Positions 24,597 to 32,040 of a stretch of DNA of 32,040 bases are shown here, one piece after another. Below the pieces are notes generated by a model, which did no database searches, was not told where the DNA came from, and saw only the letters and a list, made by a program, of their open reading frames with translations. A program made the translations under genes and the position numbers. The number at the start of each line of letters is the position of its first letter. The first letter of the stretch is position 1. The stretch is taken from the NCBI GenBank assembly GCA_049513435.1, contig JBEKWD010000006.1:1-32040 (forward strand). The letters run 5' to 3'. Source of the DNA: Steroidobacteraceae bacterium. GTDB lineage: Bacteria > Pseudomonadota > Gammaproteobacteria > Steroidobacterales > Steroidobacteraceae.

Positions 24597-25733
24597 ATGC
24601 GGTTGGCAGATTTTATCAAACTCGAGATGGAGCCGATCCTGAGGGAGTGGGAAACATTTGCTGCCGCACAGTTGCCCGCCGCCGCCGATATGGATTCGCT
24701 TGCTTTACGCGATCACGCGGAGCAGATCCTGCGCGCGATAGCCCAGGATATTAGTTCGGCGCAAAACGACGAGGAACGAGCACAGAAATCAAAGGGTCGG
24801 GCGGCTAGACGGATGGAAGCCGGCAATACCGAGGCCGAAACCCACGCGTTCTTGCGAGCGCAAAGCGGCTTTACCATCAATCAATTGGCCGCCGAATACC
24901 GCTGCCTGCGGGCCAGCGTGCTGCACCTGTGGACAAAAGCATGTGAGCCCGCCGCCATCGACCCACGAGACGTGTATCGCTTCAATGAGGCGATCGATCA
25001 GGCGGTCATCGAATCAGTCGCGTTTTTCAGCGCTCAGATCGAAAACGAACGCAATCTGTTCCTCGGCATGCTTGGGCATGATATGCGAGGCCCGCTCCAG
25101 GTCATTCAGTTGACCGCCACGTACTTGTCCAAACTGGATGTCGGTACGGATGTGGCCACTTGCGCCGCGCGGCTTACCAAGAGTACCGGTAGCCTTAAGG
25201 CGCTGCTCGATGACCTACTCGACTTCAGTCGCATGAAACTCGGGTTAGGCATCACGATGTCCCCGGCTGCCGTCGATTTGGCGGGAGCATTTTCGGCCGA
25301 GTTGGAGCAGTTGCGCGTAGCGAATCCGGGCCGGAGGATCGAGCTCGAGGTCAGCGGCGATGTAAGCGGTGTGTGGGATATAGACCGCCTGAACCAGTTG
25401 CTAGGTAACCTGGTGGTTAACGCACTCAAGTATGGAACACCTGGCTCGCCCGTTAAAATTGTACTGAATGGATCAATAGGAGAGGTGGTATTTTCGGTTC
25501 ACAACCAGGGACCAAAGATTGAGCAGTCGGTACTTGCTCAGATATTCGAGCCGCTGAAGCGCGGATTGGATGATCAGTTAGGCGCCGGTAGCGATGGCGG
25601 CATGGGCCTTGGACTTTATATTGCTCGCCAGATCGCGATCGCGCACCACGGGGATATTTCGGCCAAGTCGGACGAAAATGAAACGGTGTTTACCGTACGT
25701 TTACCGAGGTTGAGCGGCAAGAGCCGTCCATAA
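24597..25733 (+). CDS. soluble sensor histidine kinase (no TM segments, no adjacent response regulator)
   Basis: H-box FLGMLGHDMRGPL. N-box LGNLVVNALKYG. G-boxes (…GGMGLGLYIARQIAIAHHGDI). The N-terminal ~150 aa is a helical domain without a motif I can name confidently. Confidence 0.85.
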   Translation: MRLADFIKLEMEPILREWETFAAAQLPAAADMDSLALRDHAEQILRAIAQDISSAQNDEERAQKSKGRAARRMEAGNTEAETHAFLRAQSGFTINQLAAEYRCLRASVLHLWTKACEPAAIDPRDVYRFNEAIDQAVIESVAFFSAQIENERNLFLGMLGHDMRGPLQVIQLTATYLSKLDVGTDVATCAARLTKSTGSLKALLDDLLDFSRMKLGLGITMSPAAVDLAGAFSAELEQLRVANPGRRIELEVSGDVSGVWDIDRLNQLLGNLVVNALKYGTPGSPVKIVLNGSIGEVVFSVHNQGPKIEQSVLAQIFEPLKRGLDDQLGAGSDGGMGLGLYIARQIAIAHHGDISAKSDENETVFTVRLPRLSGKSRP

Positions 25734-25744
25734 CTACAAGGAGA

Positions 25745-26707
25745 TCATCTCGGAGGATGTGCGCTTGGCGACGAGGCCGCCGTGTCAGAGGCTCGGCCTC
25801 TGGGCTTGCTCGAGTACTTATCGACGTACTTTTGTATGGTCTCGCGCATGTAACGGCCCGATTCGTCTGCACGTTCCTCCCAGGCGAACACGCAGGAGGT
25901 CATGATCCCATCGAAGCCTACGGCGGCGAGAGAGGAGAAGAACACATCCCAGTCGATCTCGCCCTGCCCAATGTCCAGGTGTTGGTGGATCGTCACCCGC
26001 GCCCCCGGTGGGTTGCAGATGTAGCGCAAGCCCGACGAGGCCTTGTGGTTGTAAGTGTCAGCGACGTGCACGTGGGCGATCGTTGCCCCAGCATCGCGGA
26101 TCATTTTCCCCATGTCGGGGCCGAAATAGAATGTGTGAGGGGCGCAATAGAGAAACTTGACGTTTTTCGAGGCGATGACGCGGATCATGTCCACCGCCGG
26201 GTGCAGCGTCTCCACCCAGTCCTCCGGATGCGGCTCAATGTTCAGTTGAATCCCTTCCTTCTCGAAGATTGGAACCAGCTCCTCCATTGAGCGCCACCAA
26301 GCCGCCTCGCTTGACTCGGCGGTGAACTGGCCGCCGCAGCAGTTGGCGCAATGGCCGCGGTCGGGCGCCGGGCCGCGGCCGAACTCGGAATTCACTGTCT
26401 CGACGCCCATTTCGACGGCAACCTCAATCGCCTTCTTCCAGTACTTGACCGCCGCCTGGCGCTCGTCCTCGTGCGGGCTCGCCCAGCGATACATCGGCAG
26501 CAGCGAGGCGATCTTCACCCCATGATCCTTGAGCGCTTTCTTGAAGGCCGCAACCCGCTCCGGATAGACACGCGGAGCGACCCACCAGTCGAGAAAGTCC
26601 GCGCGCGGCGAGAGTTCTATCCACTCGTAACCGAGCTCTGCCACCTTCCTGGGCAGTTCCTCCAACGACAGGTGGCGATGCATATAGGGGTCGAGCGCGA
26701 TCTTCAT
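25745..26707 (-). CDS. sugar phosphate isomerase/epimerase (xylose isomerase-like TIM barrel)
   Basis: The track ORF extends to 26806, but ATG 26707 is preceded by AAGGAG and gives MKIALDPYMHRHLSLEELPRKVAELGYEWIELSPRADF. It also has …GIQLNIEPHPEDWV… and …HVHVADT…, metal-ligand-like motifs of this fold. Confidence 0.8.
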   Translation of the reverse strand: MKIALDPYMHRHLSLEELPRKVAELGYEWIELSPRADFLDWWVAPRVYPERVAAFKKALKDHGVKIASLLPMYRWASPHEDERQAAVKYWKKAIEVAVEMGVETVNSEFGRGPAPDRGHCANCCGGQFTAESSEAAWWRSMEELVPIFEKEGIQLNIEPHPEDWVETLHPAVDMIRVIASKNVKFLYCAPHTFYFGPDMGKMIRDAGATIAHVHVADTYNHKASSGLRYICNPPGARVTIHQHLDIGQGEIDWDVFFSSLAAVGFDGIMTSCVFAWEERADESGRYMRETIQKYVDKYSSKPRGRASDTAASSPSAHPPR

Positions 26708-26805
26708 AGAACCGGCTCCTTGGCAAAGGTTAGACGAGGGTGCGGATGACTCTGCGGCGTCCCTAAGAATAGAGGAGGGAGCCGTTCGCGTCCAAATCAG
26801 ACGCA

Positions 26806-27111
26806 TTGTTGTCGACCAGTTCTCCAGTGTCGGACTGGTTGACTCGTGCGCTCATTTGCTTTGGAATTTGTGAAAGAAACATCCGTGCCATTGAGGAAAC
26901 GTTACAGGTTCCAGGCTATGAATGCGACGACCACAGCCCTCAGACAGCTGCCCGCCCGCGCGACCGTGCAGAGGTGATGGAGGCGTGGCGCACCTCTTGC
27001 CCGCGTTTGTCGATTTGGGAAGACGCTTGTCTGGACGGGCTGATTGACTTCGAACCGGGTACGGGGAAAGTGATATTGAGCGAGGCTGGCAAGGCGTCGC
27101 TGTTTAGGTAA
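26806..27111 (+). CDS. small hypothetical protein; only the C-terminal ~44 codons (from ATG 26977) look convincingly coding
   Basis: 101-codon ORF from a TTG. The last part, MEAWRTSCPRLSIWEDACLDGLIDFEPGTGKVILSEAGKASLFR, has gene-like third-position GC; the first ~55 codons do not. See the finding on the overlapping 19-codon ORF. Confidence 0.35.
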   Translation: MLSTSSPVSDWLTRALICFGICERNIRAIEETLQVPGYECDDHSPQTAARPRDRAEVMEAWRTSCPRLSIWEDACLDGLIDFEPGTGKVILSEAGKASLFR

Positions 27112-27143
27112 GCTTCCGGAAAGCGGACAATCTGCGAGTCCCA

Positions 27144-27770
27144 ATGCTGCCCACATCGACCCTGACTGCGTTCGTTGCCGTGGTTCTTGTCCTATTCGTG
27201 ATTCCAGGCCCCGCAGTGCTGCTCGTACTGAGTCGAACAGTTCAAGGAGGACGCAATACTGGGATAATGACCGGGCTTGGCATCGCCGCTGGTGACTTTG
27301 TGCACGCGCTCTTTGCTGCGGTGGGCCTGTCTGCACTGTTAATGGCGTCTGCGCTGGCCTTCGATTTTGTTAAGTTGGCCGGCGCCGCGTATCTGGTTTA
27401 TCTCGGCGTTCGGGCATTTATCGAAAGGGCTGCGGATCCGTCACTGCCGAAAGTTAGATCTGTTACTCCGAGGCAGGCGTTCTTGCAGGCGATCCCCGCC
27501 GAAATACTCAATCCGAAGACGGCCCTGTTTTTTTTGGCATTCATGCCGCAGTTCGTGCACCCCGGCCGCGGTTCAACACTTCTACAGTTCGCTACGCTGG
27601 GGCTTATCTTTGTCGTGCTCAGCTCTTTCTATACAACGCTGCTCGTCTTAGCGATCCAACCGCTTGGTCGACTCCTCAAACGTGTGTCATGGATCAGCCG
27701 CTGGCGGGGCAAGATCGTCGGCAGCATCTTCATCGTGCTTGGGATTGAAGTGGCCACTCAGCATCGCTAA
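27144..27770 (+). CDS. LysE/RhtB-family amino acid exporter
   Basis: 208 aa, about 6 TM. N-terminal FVAVVLVLFVIPGPAVLLVLSRTVQGGRNTG, typical of the LysE translocator family. Confidence 0.85.
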   Translation: MLPTSTLTAFVAVVLVLFVIPGPAVLLVLSRTVQGGRNTGIMTGLGIAAGDFVHALFAAVGLSALLMASALAFDFVKLAGAAYLVYLGVRAFIERAADPSLPKVRSVTPRQAFLQAIPAEILNPKTALFFLAFMPQFVHPGRGSTLLQFATLGLIFVVLSSFYTTLLVLAIQPLGRLLKRVSWISRWRGKIVGSIFIVLGIEVATQHR

Positions 27771-27814
27771 TTAGCCCAACATTTGGGAATGTCGGTCAAC
27801 CAGGGGAACAAAAT

Positions 27815-28972
27815 ATGACATATACGAAACAGATTTCCCGTAGGGCAATCCTTCACACATCCGCAGGAGCGCTGCTTGCCGGCGCCGTCGGCATCAAACC
27901 AGGTTGGGCGCAGCAGGCTTATACGTCGCATCCGGCAAGCCGCATTGGTCAGCCGCAGGAAGGCCCGGATACGCCCAAACTCACTATGTACATGGAAGAC
28001 CTGCTCGACAAGGCTGAGGCGCGGCGTCTCAGGCAGATCGGCATTACCTGGATCGACACTCAGGCTGTGCCGGAACAGCCGTGGGGGATGGATTACCTGC
28101 AGCCGCGCGTGGACGCGCTGAAGGCCGAGGGCATGCATATTGGCATCATGATGGTGCGCTGGTCGTTCAATGGCGGTATGGATCCCAATATGTCTCAGAT
28201 CGTCTATGCCGGCCCGGACCGAGACAAGGAGATTTCCAAAATCAAGGAAACCATTGTCAATTGCGGCAAGCTGGGAATCCCCGTGGTCGAATACAATTTC
28301 TACAACCATCGCGCGACGGACGGATATGCCAGTGTGGAAGGCCGTGGCGGCGCCACAATGACGGAGTTCAAGTATGAACGCATGAAGGACTTGCCGCCGC
28401 TACCGGTGGAAGGCGTTCACACTTATGACCAGACCTGGAGCAACCTCGAATATTTTCTCAAACAGGTGGTGCCGGTAGCCGAGAAGGCCGGCGTTGCGCT
28501 GTCGCTGCATCCCAACGATCCGCCGCCGCCCATGAGCCGCGGTTCGGCACAGATCATGAACAGCTTCCCGGACTGGAAGCGGCTGATCGAGACGGTGAAC
28601 TCGCCCTCCAACTGCCTGACCTTTGACTGTGGCGTCACGCGCGAGCTCGGGGAGGATCCGGTGGTGGTGGGGAACTGGTTTGCCTCGCGTAACCGCATCG
28701 GCCAGGTGCACTTCCGCAACGTCATACTGCGCAAACCGCGGGAGGACTATACCGAGGTTTTCCCCGATGAGGGCGACAACGACATGTTCGAGGTCATGAA
28801 ATTGCTGGTGAAGAACAACTACAAGCGCACGATTATGCCGGAGCATCCGCGCGGCTTAGATGCCGACAAAGAACTGCCCAAGGGCTGGGGCGAATATGTC
28901 GGTTGGACCTATGACGTGGCATATTGTAAGGCCATGTTGCAGATCGCCCTGCGACAGGTGCGTGGCATCTAA
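27815..28972 (+). CDS. mannonate dehydratase (UxuA) family protein with a twin-arginine signal peptide
   Basis: N-terminus MTYTKQISRRAILHTSAGALLAGAVGIKPGWAQQ (S-R-R-x-I-L plus an h-region). The C-terminal half aligns by eye to E. coli UxuA: VVPVAEKAGVALSLHPNDPPPP / VNSPSNCLTFDCG / GQVHFRNV / GDNDMFEVMKLLV / IMPEHP versus [22 protein letters not shown] / VNSMANGFTMCTG / IYFTHLRS / GDVDMYEVVKAIV / MRPDHG. Confidence 0.8.
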   Translation: MTYTKQISRRAILHTSAGALLAGAVGIKPGWAQQAYTSHPASRIGQPQEGPDTPKLTMYMEDLLDKAEARRLRQIGITWIDTQAVPEQPWGMDYLQPRVDALKAEGMHIGIMMVRWSFNGGMDPNMSQIVYAGPDRDKEISKIKETIVNCGKLGIPVVEYNFYNHRATDGYASVEGRGGATMTEFKYERMKDLPPLPVEGVHTYDQTWSNLEYFLKQVVPVAEKAGVALSLHPNDPPPPMSRGSAQIMNSFPDWKRLIETVNSPSNCLTFDCGVTRELGEDPVVVGNWFASRNRIGQVHFRNVILRKPREDYTEVFPDEGDNDMFEVMKLLVKNNYKRTIMPEHPRGLDADKELPKGWGEYVGWTYDVAYCKAMLQIALRQVRGI

Positions 28973-28999
28973 ACCGCCGGCGTCGGCGCGATAGAAAAT

Positions 29000-29023
29000 G
29001 CCCCGCATCTTGCGATACGGGGC
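29000..29023. other. hairpin GCCCCG-c-ATC-ttgc-GAT-a-CGGGGC downstream of the uxuA-like gene
   Basis: Read directly, 28 nt after the stop. No U tract on the plus strand; the T-rich tail (ATTTTCTAT) is on the minus strand only. A possible GC-type terminator, uncertain. Confidence 0.3.
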
Positions 29024-29082
29024 GCCCCGCGTCGCGGTGATTAAGGAAGGCAGCATAGATTGCCTCACACGGAGAGTTCGGG

Positions 29083-29733
29083 ATGGATGTCGTAATCGTC
29101 GCCGCCTCATTTGTCCTGACGTATTGTGTCGCACGCTGGTTTGGTGTTCCCGGTCCGGGTCCCTGCGCCATTTTGTGCTCCCTCGCAGTGTCAAGCTGGC
29201 GCCTAAGATGCTCCGGGTTGCGATGGGCTGACATCGGTCTTCGCATGCCGGATAGCAGAGTACGCGCGCTCTTGTGGGTGGCAGCGCTCTATGTGGCCAG
29301 TGTTCTGATAAAAGTTCTTGTAATCGACCCGCTTGCCACCGCCGCGGGCTGGCCATCTTTGAATCTGTCACGATTCTCTCAGTTACCTGGAAACACATCC
29401 CTATTGGCCGGTTACCTGCTCCTCGTCTGGGCTTCTGCGGCGTTCGGGGAAGAGTTGGTGTTTCGTGGTTTTCTGTTGACTCGACTCGAAATACTGTTAG
29501 GTAGTGGATTGACCGCCACAGCAACAGCGGTCACCGGACAGGCGCTGCTGTTTGGTGTGGCCCATTGGTATCTTGGTTTGCGGGGCGTCTCTACTGCAGC
29601 TTTGATAGGGCTTGCCTACGGTGTCGTATACGTTTGCAATGCTCGCAATCTCGCGCCGCTGATCGTCGCGCACGGATTAACGGATTCTCTGAGCCTAATC
29701 GCGATCTACTCGGGCATCGCCCGGTTAACGTAA
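29083..29733 (+). CDS. CPBP-family intramembrane glutamic endopeptidase (CAAX protease/Abi-like)
   Basis: SD GGAGAG. Motifs appear in order: FGEELVFRGF (EExxxR), LLFGVAHWY (FxxxH), VAHGLTDSL (HxxxD/N). Multi-TM. Confidence 0.8.
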   Translation: MDVVIVAASFVLTYCVARWFGVPGPGPCAILCSLAVSSWRLRCSGLRWADIGLRMPDSRVRALLWVAALYVASVLIKVLVIDPLATAAGWPSLNLSRFSQLPGNTSLLAGYLLLVWASAAFGEELVFRGFLLTRLEILLGSGLTATATAVTGQALLFGVAHWYLGLRGVSTAALIGLAYGVVYVCNARNLAPLIVAHGLTDSLSLIAIYSGIARLT

Positions 29734-29761
29734 TGTCCAATAAAACGCCCGGGGAGCCAGC

Positions 29762-30895
29762 ATGAAGATCACAGGGATAGACACCTTCATGTCTTGGGTC
29801 GATTGGTGCAACTGGCTGCTGGTGCGCATAAGCACCGACGAAGGCGTTTGTGGCTGGGGTGAGGCATCGCTGCACGGCGCCATCGAAAGCGTCGCTACGG
29901 CCGTCCGGGAATATGGCGCACAACTGATTGGCCAGGATCCGGCGGGCCCGGAACAGCACTGGCACCGGCTGTACAATAGCTGGCGGTGGCGCGGCGGGGC
30001 AGTTTTCATGAGTGCCTTAAGTGCGCTGGACCTGGCACTGTGGGACATCGAGGGCAAGCGGCTGGGTGTGCCGGTGCATCGTCTGCTGGGCGGTGCGCAG
30101 CGCGAAAAGGTTCGTGTCTACGCCAGCCACTGGATTGTTGGAACCGATGCGCCTCAGACCGCGCATCAGGCCGCCCGTGAAGCGGTGCGGCGGGGATTTT
30201 CGGGATTTAAGTGCTCGCCCTTCACATTCGAGGGCCTGCGAGAAAATGAAGCCGGCGCTATCAGCCGCGCGGCCGATGTGGTGGCTGCGGCGCGCGAAGG
30301 GGCTGGGCCGGATACCGAGATATTCATCGAGTGCAGCGAATTGCTGTCCCCGCGCCTGGCGGTGCGTCTGGATGACGTGCTGGCACCCTATCGCCCTGGC
30401 TGGTTCGAGGAGCCGGTGCCGTTTGAGAATGCCCGCGCCATGGCGCAACTTCAGCGCGACCTGCGCACGCCGATCGCCACTGGTGAACGACTGCTTTCGC
30501 GCCACGAGTATCGCGAATTGCTCGAGGCGGGTGGGTGCCGCATCGTCCAACCCGACCTGATGCATGCCGGTGGCATGACCGAGGTGCGACGCATCGCTGC
30601 GCTGGCTGAGAGCTGGTATGTGCCGGTGGCGCCGCATAACCCAGGTGGCCCGATCTGCAGCATGGCGTCGCTGCATCTGGCGGCTGCGATCCCGAATTTC
30701 TTCATCCTGGAACAGATGGAACCGCAGCGCGAATTCCGAGACCGTGCCAGCCTGCCGCCGATTCGGTACGACGCGGGGCATTTTATTGTGCCGCAGGCGC
30801 CGGGGTGGGGCATCGAGCCGGACCTGAAGCTGCTGGCGGATCGGCCGTTCCAGTCGCAGCCCCCCGGCAACCGGCGCGGATCTCTGTGGCGCTGA
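29762..30895 (+). CDS. enolase-superfamily dehydratase (mandelate racemase/muconate lactonizing family, galactonate-dehydratase-like)
   Basis: MKITGIDTFMSWVDWCNWLLVRISTDEGVCGWGEASL...ALSALDLALWDIEGKRLGVPVHRLLGG...FKCSPF...WFEEPVP...IATGERL...IVQPDLMHAGG...VAPHNP. This shows a capping domain followed by barrel metal and acid/base motifs. Confidence 0.85.
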   Translation: MKITGIDTFMSWVDWCNWLLVRISTDEGVCGWGEASLHGAIESVATAVREYGAQLIGQDPAGPEQHWHRLYNSWRWRGGAVFMSALSALDLALWDIEGKRLGVPVHRLLGGAQREKVRVYASHWIVGTDAPQTAHQAAREAVRRGFSGFKCSPFTFEGLRENEAGAISRAADVVAAAREGAGPDTEIFIECSELLSPRLAVRLDDVLAPYRPGWFEEPVPFENARAMAQLQRDLRTPIATGERLLSRHEYRELLEAGGCRIVQPDLMHAGGMTEVRRIAALAESWYVPVAPHNPGGPICSMASLHLAAAIPNFFILEQMEPQREFRDRASLPPIRYDAGHFIVPQAPGWGIEPDLKLLADRPFQSQPPGNRRGSLWR

Positions 30896-32040
30896 GATCC
30901 TCGTCTCGAACAGACAGCGAGCGCATCTATCGCGTCGTGATGTGGCGGCTAATGCCCGTCCTGATGCTGGCCTACATCCTGAACTATATCGACCGGTCAA
31001 ATATCGGGCTGGCGAAACTCCAGTTTCTGCACGACCTGGGAATGTCGGAGGCCGCCTATGGCCTGGCGGCCGGCGCTTTTTACCTCGGTTATGTTTCGCT
31101 TGGCGTTCCGGTGAACATGGCGCTGGGCAGGATCGGGGCGCGCAAGAGCCTACTCGTCATTATGATGGCATGGGGCCTGCTTTCGGCGGGCCTGGCCTTT
31201 GTCAGCGCGCCTTCGCAATTCTACGTGCTGGGAGACCGGATTTCTACCTACCGTCCTGCTCTATCTAAGCCGCTGGGTGCCGCAGGAGCAACGCGCGCGC
31301 TTCAATGGGATATTCCTCGCGGCGATCGCCGTCGCCGGTTTTGTCGGCGGCCCTATCGGTGGCTATATCATGCAAAGCACGAACGGCGCGTTCGGCCTGC
31401 GCGGCTGGCAACAGTTGTTTGTGCTGGAAGGGTTACCCACCTGCGCGATGAGCATCCTGGTGTTTATCACACTAAAGGAGAAGCCGCGCGACGCGCCCTG
31501 GTTGAACGAAGCGCAGAAGCGGCAGATCGAGGGGGATCTGGCCGCTGGGCATAATGCCGGCGCCGATGCAGCCCGCGACAAGGTTCATGCTTCGCTCTGG
31601 CCCGCGTTTCGGGACCCGCGATTTCTCGCGCTGATGGCAATTGCGGTTTCCGGTTCGGTCGGGACATCGGCGATCGGGCTCTGGCTACCCTCCATCATTC
31701 GGGAAACCGGCATCACCGATATTCTCGTCATCGGCCTGCTGTCAGCGATTCCCAACGGCTTTGCGATCTTCGTGCAGTATTTCAATGCACGCCATTCCGA
31801 CCATACCGGCGAACGCCGCTGGCATGCCGCCGGGCCGCTGCTGCTAGCCGCGCTTGGCTGGTGCTGCATGCCCGGGATTTCGCACAATCCCTGGCTTTCC
31901 ATTCTTGCGATGACGATCATTGCGAGCGCTACGTTCTCATTCACCGGGCCCTTCTGGTCGATGCCGACCACACGACTCGCCGGCTCGGCGGCAGCAGGCG
32001 GATTGGGGGCGATCACCAGCCTGCTCGGTCTTGGATCCTT
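30886..32040 (+). pseudogene. ACS-family MFS sugar-acid transporter (tartrate/galactonate/hexuronate type), frame disrupted near 31231-31237; 3' end beyond window
   Basis: Frame 1 (GTG 30886 or ATG 30940) encodes ...RVVMWRLMPVLMLAYILNYIDRSNIGLAKLQFLHDLGMSEAAYGLAAGAFYLGYVSLGVPVN...APSQFYVLG and then becomes nonsense up to its stop at 31554. Frame 2 is open from 31166 to 32040 and continues as ETGFLPTVLLYLSRWVPQEQRARFNGIFL...GWQQLFVLEGLP...DAPWL.... The conserved RFLLG-AE junction is missing. Confidence 0.7.

Noticed and set aside
26825-26834. CAGTGTCGGA, also present at 24457-24466, as a shared operator linking the crp/kinase spacer to the TIM-barrel gene upstream region (where it is embedded in CCAGT-gtcgg-ACTGG)
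   Set aside because: My rough estimate is that several identical 10-mer pairs are expected by chance even within the ~3 kb of intergenic DNA here. It is not significant without genome-wide enrichment or binding data.
29000-29023. The hairpin read as a minus-strand intrinsic terminator (a T-rich tail follows on the minus strand)
   Set aside because: No minus-strand gene lies upstream of it, since the neighbouring genes on both sides are on the plus strand. I kept it only as an uncertain plus-strand GC hairpin.
1-32040. A window-wide search for CRISPR repeats, IS or transposon ends, integrases, phage genes, and defence or toxin-antitoxin modules
   Set aside because: I saw no regularly spaced repeats and no transposase-, recombinase-, nuclease- or ATPase-type ORFs in the six-frame track or in the gaps. 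Every sizeable ORF is explained by a transport, metabolic, redox or regulatory family.

Overview
This 32,040-nt window looks like ordinary chromosomal DNA from a moderately GC-rich diderm (Gram-negative) bacterium. I cannot assign a taxon from the sequence alone. I can support 27 protein-coding loci (26 apparently intact, 1 disrupted), one clear intrinsic terminator, and several hairpins, palindromes and repeats. I found no rRNA, tRNA, CRISPR array, transposase, integrase, phage gene, or recognisable defence or toxin-antitoxin module.

Gene order:
- Partial OFA-type MFS transporter (1-1076, minus strand; missing from the ORF track because it runs off the window edge).
- Orphan lipoprotein.
- APC permease plus a small membrane protein.
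- A tightly coupled four-gene mdtA-mdtB-mdtC-OMF RND efflux operon (4329-13468).
- GST, a BON-domain protein, a nitrilase, and a cytochrome c-fused PQQ sugar dehydrogenase.
- DUF1203 protein, an MDR quinone oxidoreductase, and a secreted amidohydrolase.
- A membrane fatty-acid desaturase followed by a periplasmic diheme cytochrome c, then a DUF3291 protein.
- A Crp/Fnr regulator divergent from a soluble orphan histidine kinase.
- A sugar-acid locus: TIM-barrel isomerase, small ORF, LysE, Tat-signal UxuA-like dehydratase, CPBP protease, enolase-superfamily dehydratase, and a frameshifted ACS-type MFS transporter running off the right edge.

I did not find a convincing new multi-gene system. The observations most worth a second look are:
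- a ~70-aa low-complexity insertion in the periplasmic part of the MdtC-like pump;
- a twin-arginine signal on a mannonate-dehydratase-family protein;
- an apparent ~20-nt deletion that disrupts the ACS transporter;
- the desaturase/cytochrome c pairing, with a CRP-type palindrome upstream;
- a set of mutually exclusive inverted repeats in the crp/kinase spacer;
- an ambiguous micro-ORF arrangement upstream of lysE.

All family assignments come from motif recognition by eye and need confirmation by database search.
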